A program made the position numbers and the translations under genes. Positions 60,393 through 64,000 of a DNA stretch of 64,000 nucleotides are shown here, piece by piece (the stretch's first letter is position 1; each line of letters starts with the position of its first letter). The DNA lies in assembly GCF_009914755.1 (NCBI RefSeq), contig NC_060935.1; one strand, given 5' to 3'. The DNA is from the human T2T-CHM13v2.0 reference genome, Homo sapiens. A model generated the notes under the pieces. The model was not told the origin of the DNA, did not search any database, and worked only from the letters and a program-made list of their open reading frames with translations.

Positions 60393-61483
60393 TCAGGTGG
60401 GTGGGGAGCTCTGGGATCCTCCTTGCTGCTGCCTCCTTTTCCCCCTAGACCTTGACTGGGGGGAGGCAGGCAGTGGGGTACTTGTGCCACCTCAGTCGCT
60501 TCCATTTTAAGTCTTATGTCCGGGCGGGGTCTGGGATCTGGGAGTGGGACTCAGGAAGCAAGGAGGAGACCACTCTCCCTGAGGCTTCGCCTCTCTTGGG
60601 CCCATGGAGGTGGTCGGCAGCGTGGGGCCTGGGAAGAAGGTGCTGGGGACCAGGTTCTGCCTGGATTTACCCCCACGGCTCTCATCCCCTTCCCTCTGTC
60701 TGGATCACGCCCGGTGCTAGAAAGCTGCGGAAGCCCCTCCATCCCAGTGGCGGGCAGGGGCCCTCCTCCTGCCCTGGAAATCTGGGCTCTTGGGATCTTC
60801 ATGCCTCTGCCTTCAAGCTAGCTGCCATCTCCTCCAGCCTCAGCCTTCATGACCTGGAATCGAGTGACTGGTGCACCTCTGGGGTGGGATGGGGGCTCTG
60901 AGATGCAGGGTGATGGAGGCAGGGCTCTCGTGACCCACGCCTCCTCCCCCAGGGTTTCCCACCCGGTGCTCTCAGGCCACCCTCCTATTACAGCCGTTCC
61001 AGCCTCTGTGTCACGCCCATTGCAGTGGAGCAGCCCTGGGTTCCACTTCCGACCCCTCTCCTAAGCATTAAAGAGCTGAATGCAGGCTCCTCTCCACCTT
61101 CCCTAGCATGTCTGGAGCCTTCTGTAGACCAAGCTTGGTCTACACAGTGGGGGCCGTGTGGGGATTCCAGGCTCAGGGTCCGACCGTGGCCAGGCAGGCC
61201 TCAGAGTGCTCCTTCCAGGGAGCAGACAGAGCCTGAAGCCTGGTGCCAGGAGACTGCGATTAGTCCCCTGATGTAAAAAGGGAGTAACAGCACTTTCTTC
61301 GGAGGCTTCAAGGGCAAGGGGGAGGGCCAGATTTTTTCAAGTTTGTAAAAGCAAGTTTAAAACTGTAAGGGGCGGTGCATGAGCTAAGGATGCTTGTTTT
61401 GAACACATCCAGCCAGCTAGTCCATGGCAGTGCGCTGCCTTGCTGCGGGTCCCTGCTGGACCTCCAGTGAATAAGAGGGGATG

Positions 61484-61873
<390 letters not shown>

Positions 61874-61952
61874 TCAGTTCTCATTTGGCCACCTACTGTG
61901 TGACCTCAGACCTCCATCTCCTCATTCAGATGATGAGAATAAATATCTACCC

Positions 61953-62793
<841 letters not shown>

Positions 62794-63609
62794 TCAAGGG
62801 CTCAGAAAGAGTTGGTTTTGCTCCCACCCAGGTGGTTGTGAAGGCAGTGGGCTTTGGTTTGTGGTCACCAGGCAGTCAGTGGCACTCAACAAGTGGGTTA
62901 TTCTGGAGGGGGTGAGTTGATTACTCGGCTGGTCAGCCCATCTGCTGGCTAGACGATGGAAAATCCAACTGTCAGTGGGCAGACAGCTCGCTGTCCTGCT
63001 CTGAGCTGGATCATGGGCCCCTTTGGAAAAGAAGGAGGCCAAGTCCATGACCTCAGAGGCCAGGGTCAAACGGAGCATGCCCATACATGCATGCTCATAC
63101 GTGTGCACGAGCACACACACACACACTGACAAGGCGAGAAGCTGTAGGAGAGGTATGCTGTAGGGGCTCCATCTCCCGTCCAAACAGTGGAATACTAATA
63201 CCCATCAGGAGGAGTGGCGTGAGCGAGTAGCCCTGGCTGCCCCTCTCTTTCCTCTTGACAAGCTCTCAGCTCTCCTGTCCTGTTCTGCCTCCTGCTTCCA
63301 TGGGGTTCTGCATGGTGTCTCCTCGCCCCAGAAAGTCCTCCTAGTTTCCCTGGATGGCACTTGCTCTTCTTCCTGCCTGGCCTCTGCCCTTGCAGCCTGG
63401 CTTTGCTCCTCTGAAGCAATGGCTCCATCAGCACTGGCTTGGTGAGGGGATGTGAGTCGGAAGTCTCTTTTGTCGGCCAATCGGTACCACACAATAGGGG
63501 AGGACAGGAGGCCTCTGGCTTGCTTTGGATCTGGCTCTGGGGCAGTGACCCCTGTGTTGGACCAGTGACCCAGCAGCCTGCTGTGTGCAGAAAGCAACGG
63601 AGCCTCACA

Positions 63610-64000
63610 GGGGTGTATGTGTATACACATGTATGTGGGTGTATGTGTATACACATGTATGTGTGTGCATGTGTGTTCATGTGAATGTGTGCATGTATGT
63701 GTGCACGTGTGCATATGAATATGCATGTGTGAGTGTGCCTGTGTGTGCATGTGTGAGCATGTGCGTGTGTGCATGTGTGAGTGTGCCCATGTGCACGTGT
63801 GCATGTGTGAGCGTGGGCATGTGTGTCCATGTGCATGTGTGCATGTGTGAGTGTGCATGTGTGAGTGTGGGTATGTGTGAGTGTGTGCATGTGTGAGTGG
63901 GCATGTATGTGTCCATGTGTATGTGCGCATCTGTGAGTGTGTGAATGTGTGCATGTGTGTGGGTGTGAGTGTGTGCATGTGTGCATGTGTGTGTGTGCAT
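63610..64000. repeat. Degenerate (TG)/(TGCATG) low-complexity tract, runs off the window end
   Basis: gtgtgcatgt-type units. Confidence 0.93.

Noticed and set aside
63195-64000. 263-aa and 257-aa ORFs on the - strand
   Set aside because: Driven by the TG/CATG repeat; no domain features

Overview
Human genomic DNA, recognised from the encoded proteins as the ST3GAL4/KIRREL3 locus on 11q24.2. On the + strand are the end of the large 5' intron and all 10 coding exons of ST3GAL4 (alpha-2,3-sialyltransferase, GT29). They splice with GT-AG junctions into 1002 nt (333 aa + stop, ATG 19595 to TGA 27485), with an ATTAAA poly(A) signal at 28051. On the - strand, convergently, are the last 10 coding exons of KIRREL3 (NEPH2, Ig-superfamily synaptic adhesion protein), from 62635 to the stop at 38025, ending in a PDZ-binding QTHV, with tandem poly(A) signals near 36.8-37.0 kb. 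An orphan CpG island lies between the two 3' ends at about 30.0-30.45 kb. The rest is Alu, MIR, L1/L2, MER DNA transposons, a THE1 solo LTR, a two-LTR MST (MaLR) provirus, MLT1 LTRs and simple repeats; repeat boundaries are approximate. There is no prokaryotic-type system and no CRISPR array. The best leads are regulatory: (i) an L2-derived 71-nt KIRREL3 exon candidate that creates a stop exactly at the next junction; (ii) a candidate ST3GAL4 upstream exon offering either a uORF or an in-frame 23-aa N-terminal extension; (iii) two long CA/TG low-complexity blocks in inverted orientation around a four-exon KIRREL3 block; (iv) a possible antisense exon over KIRREL3 exon 11 beside CTCF motifs; (v) repeated snap-back templated-inversion scars in Alus.
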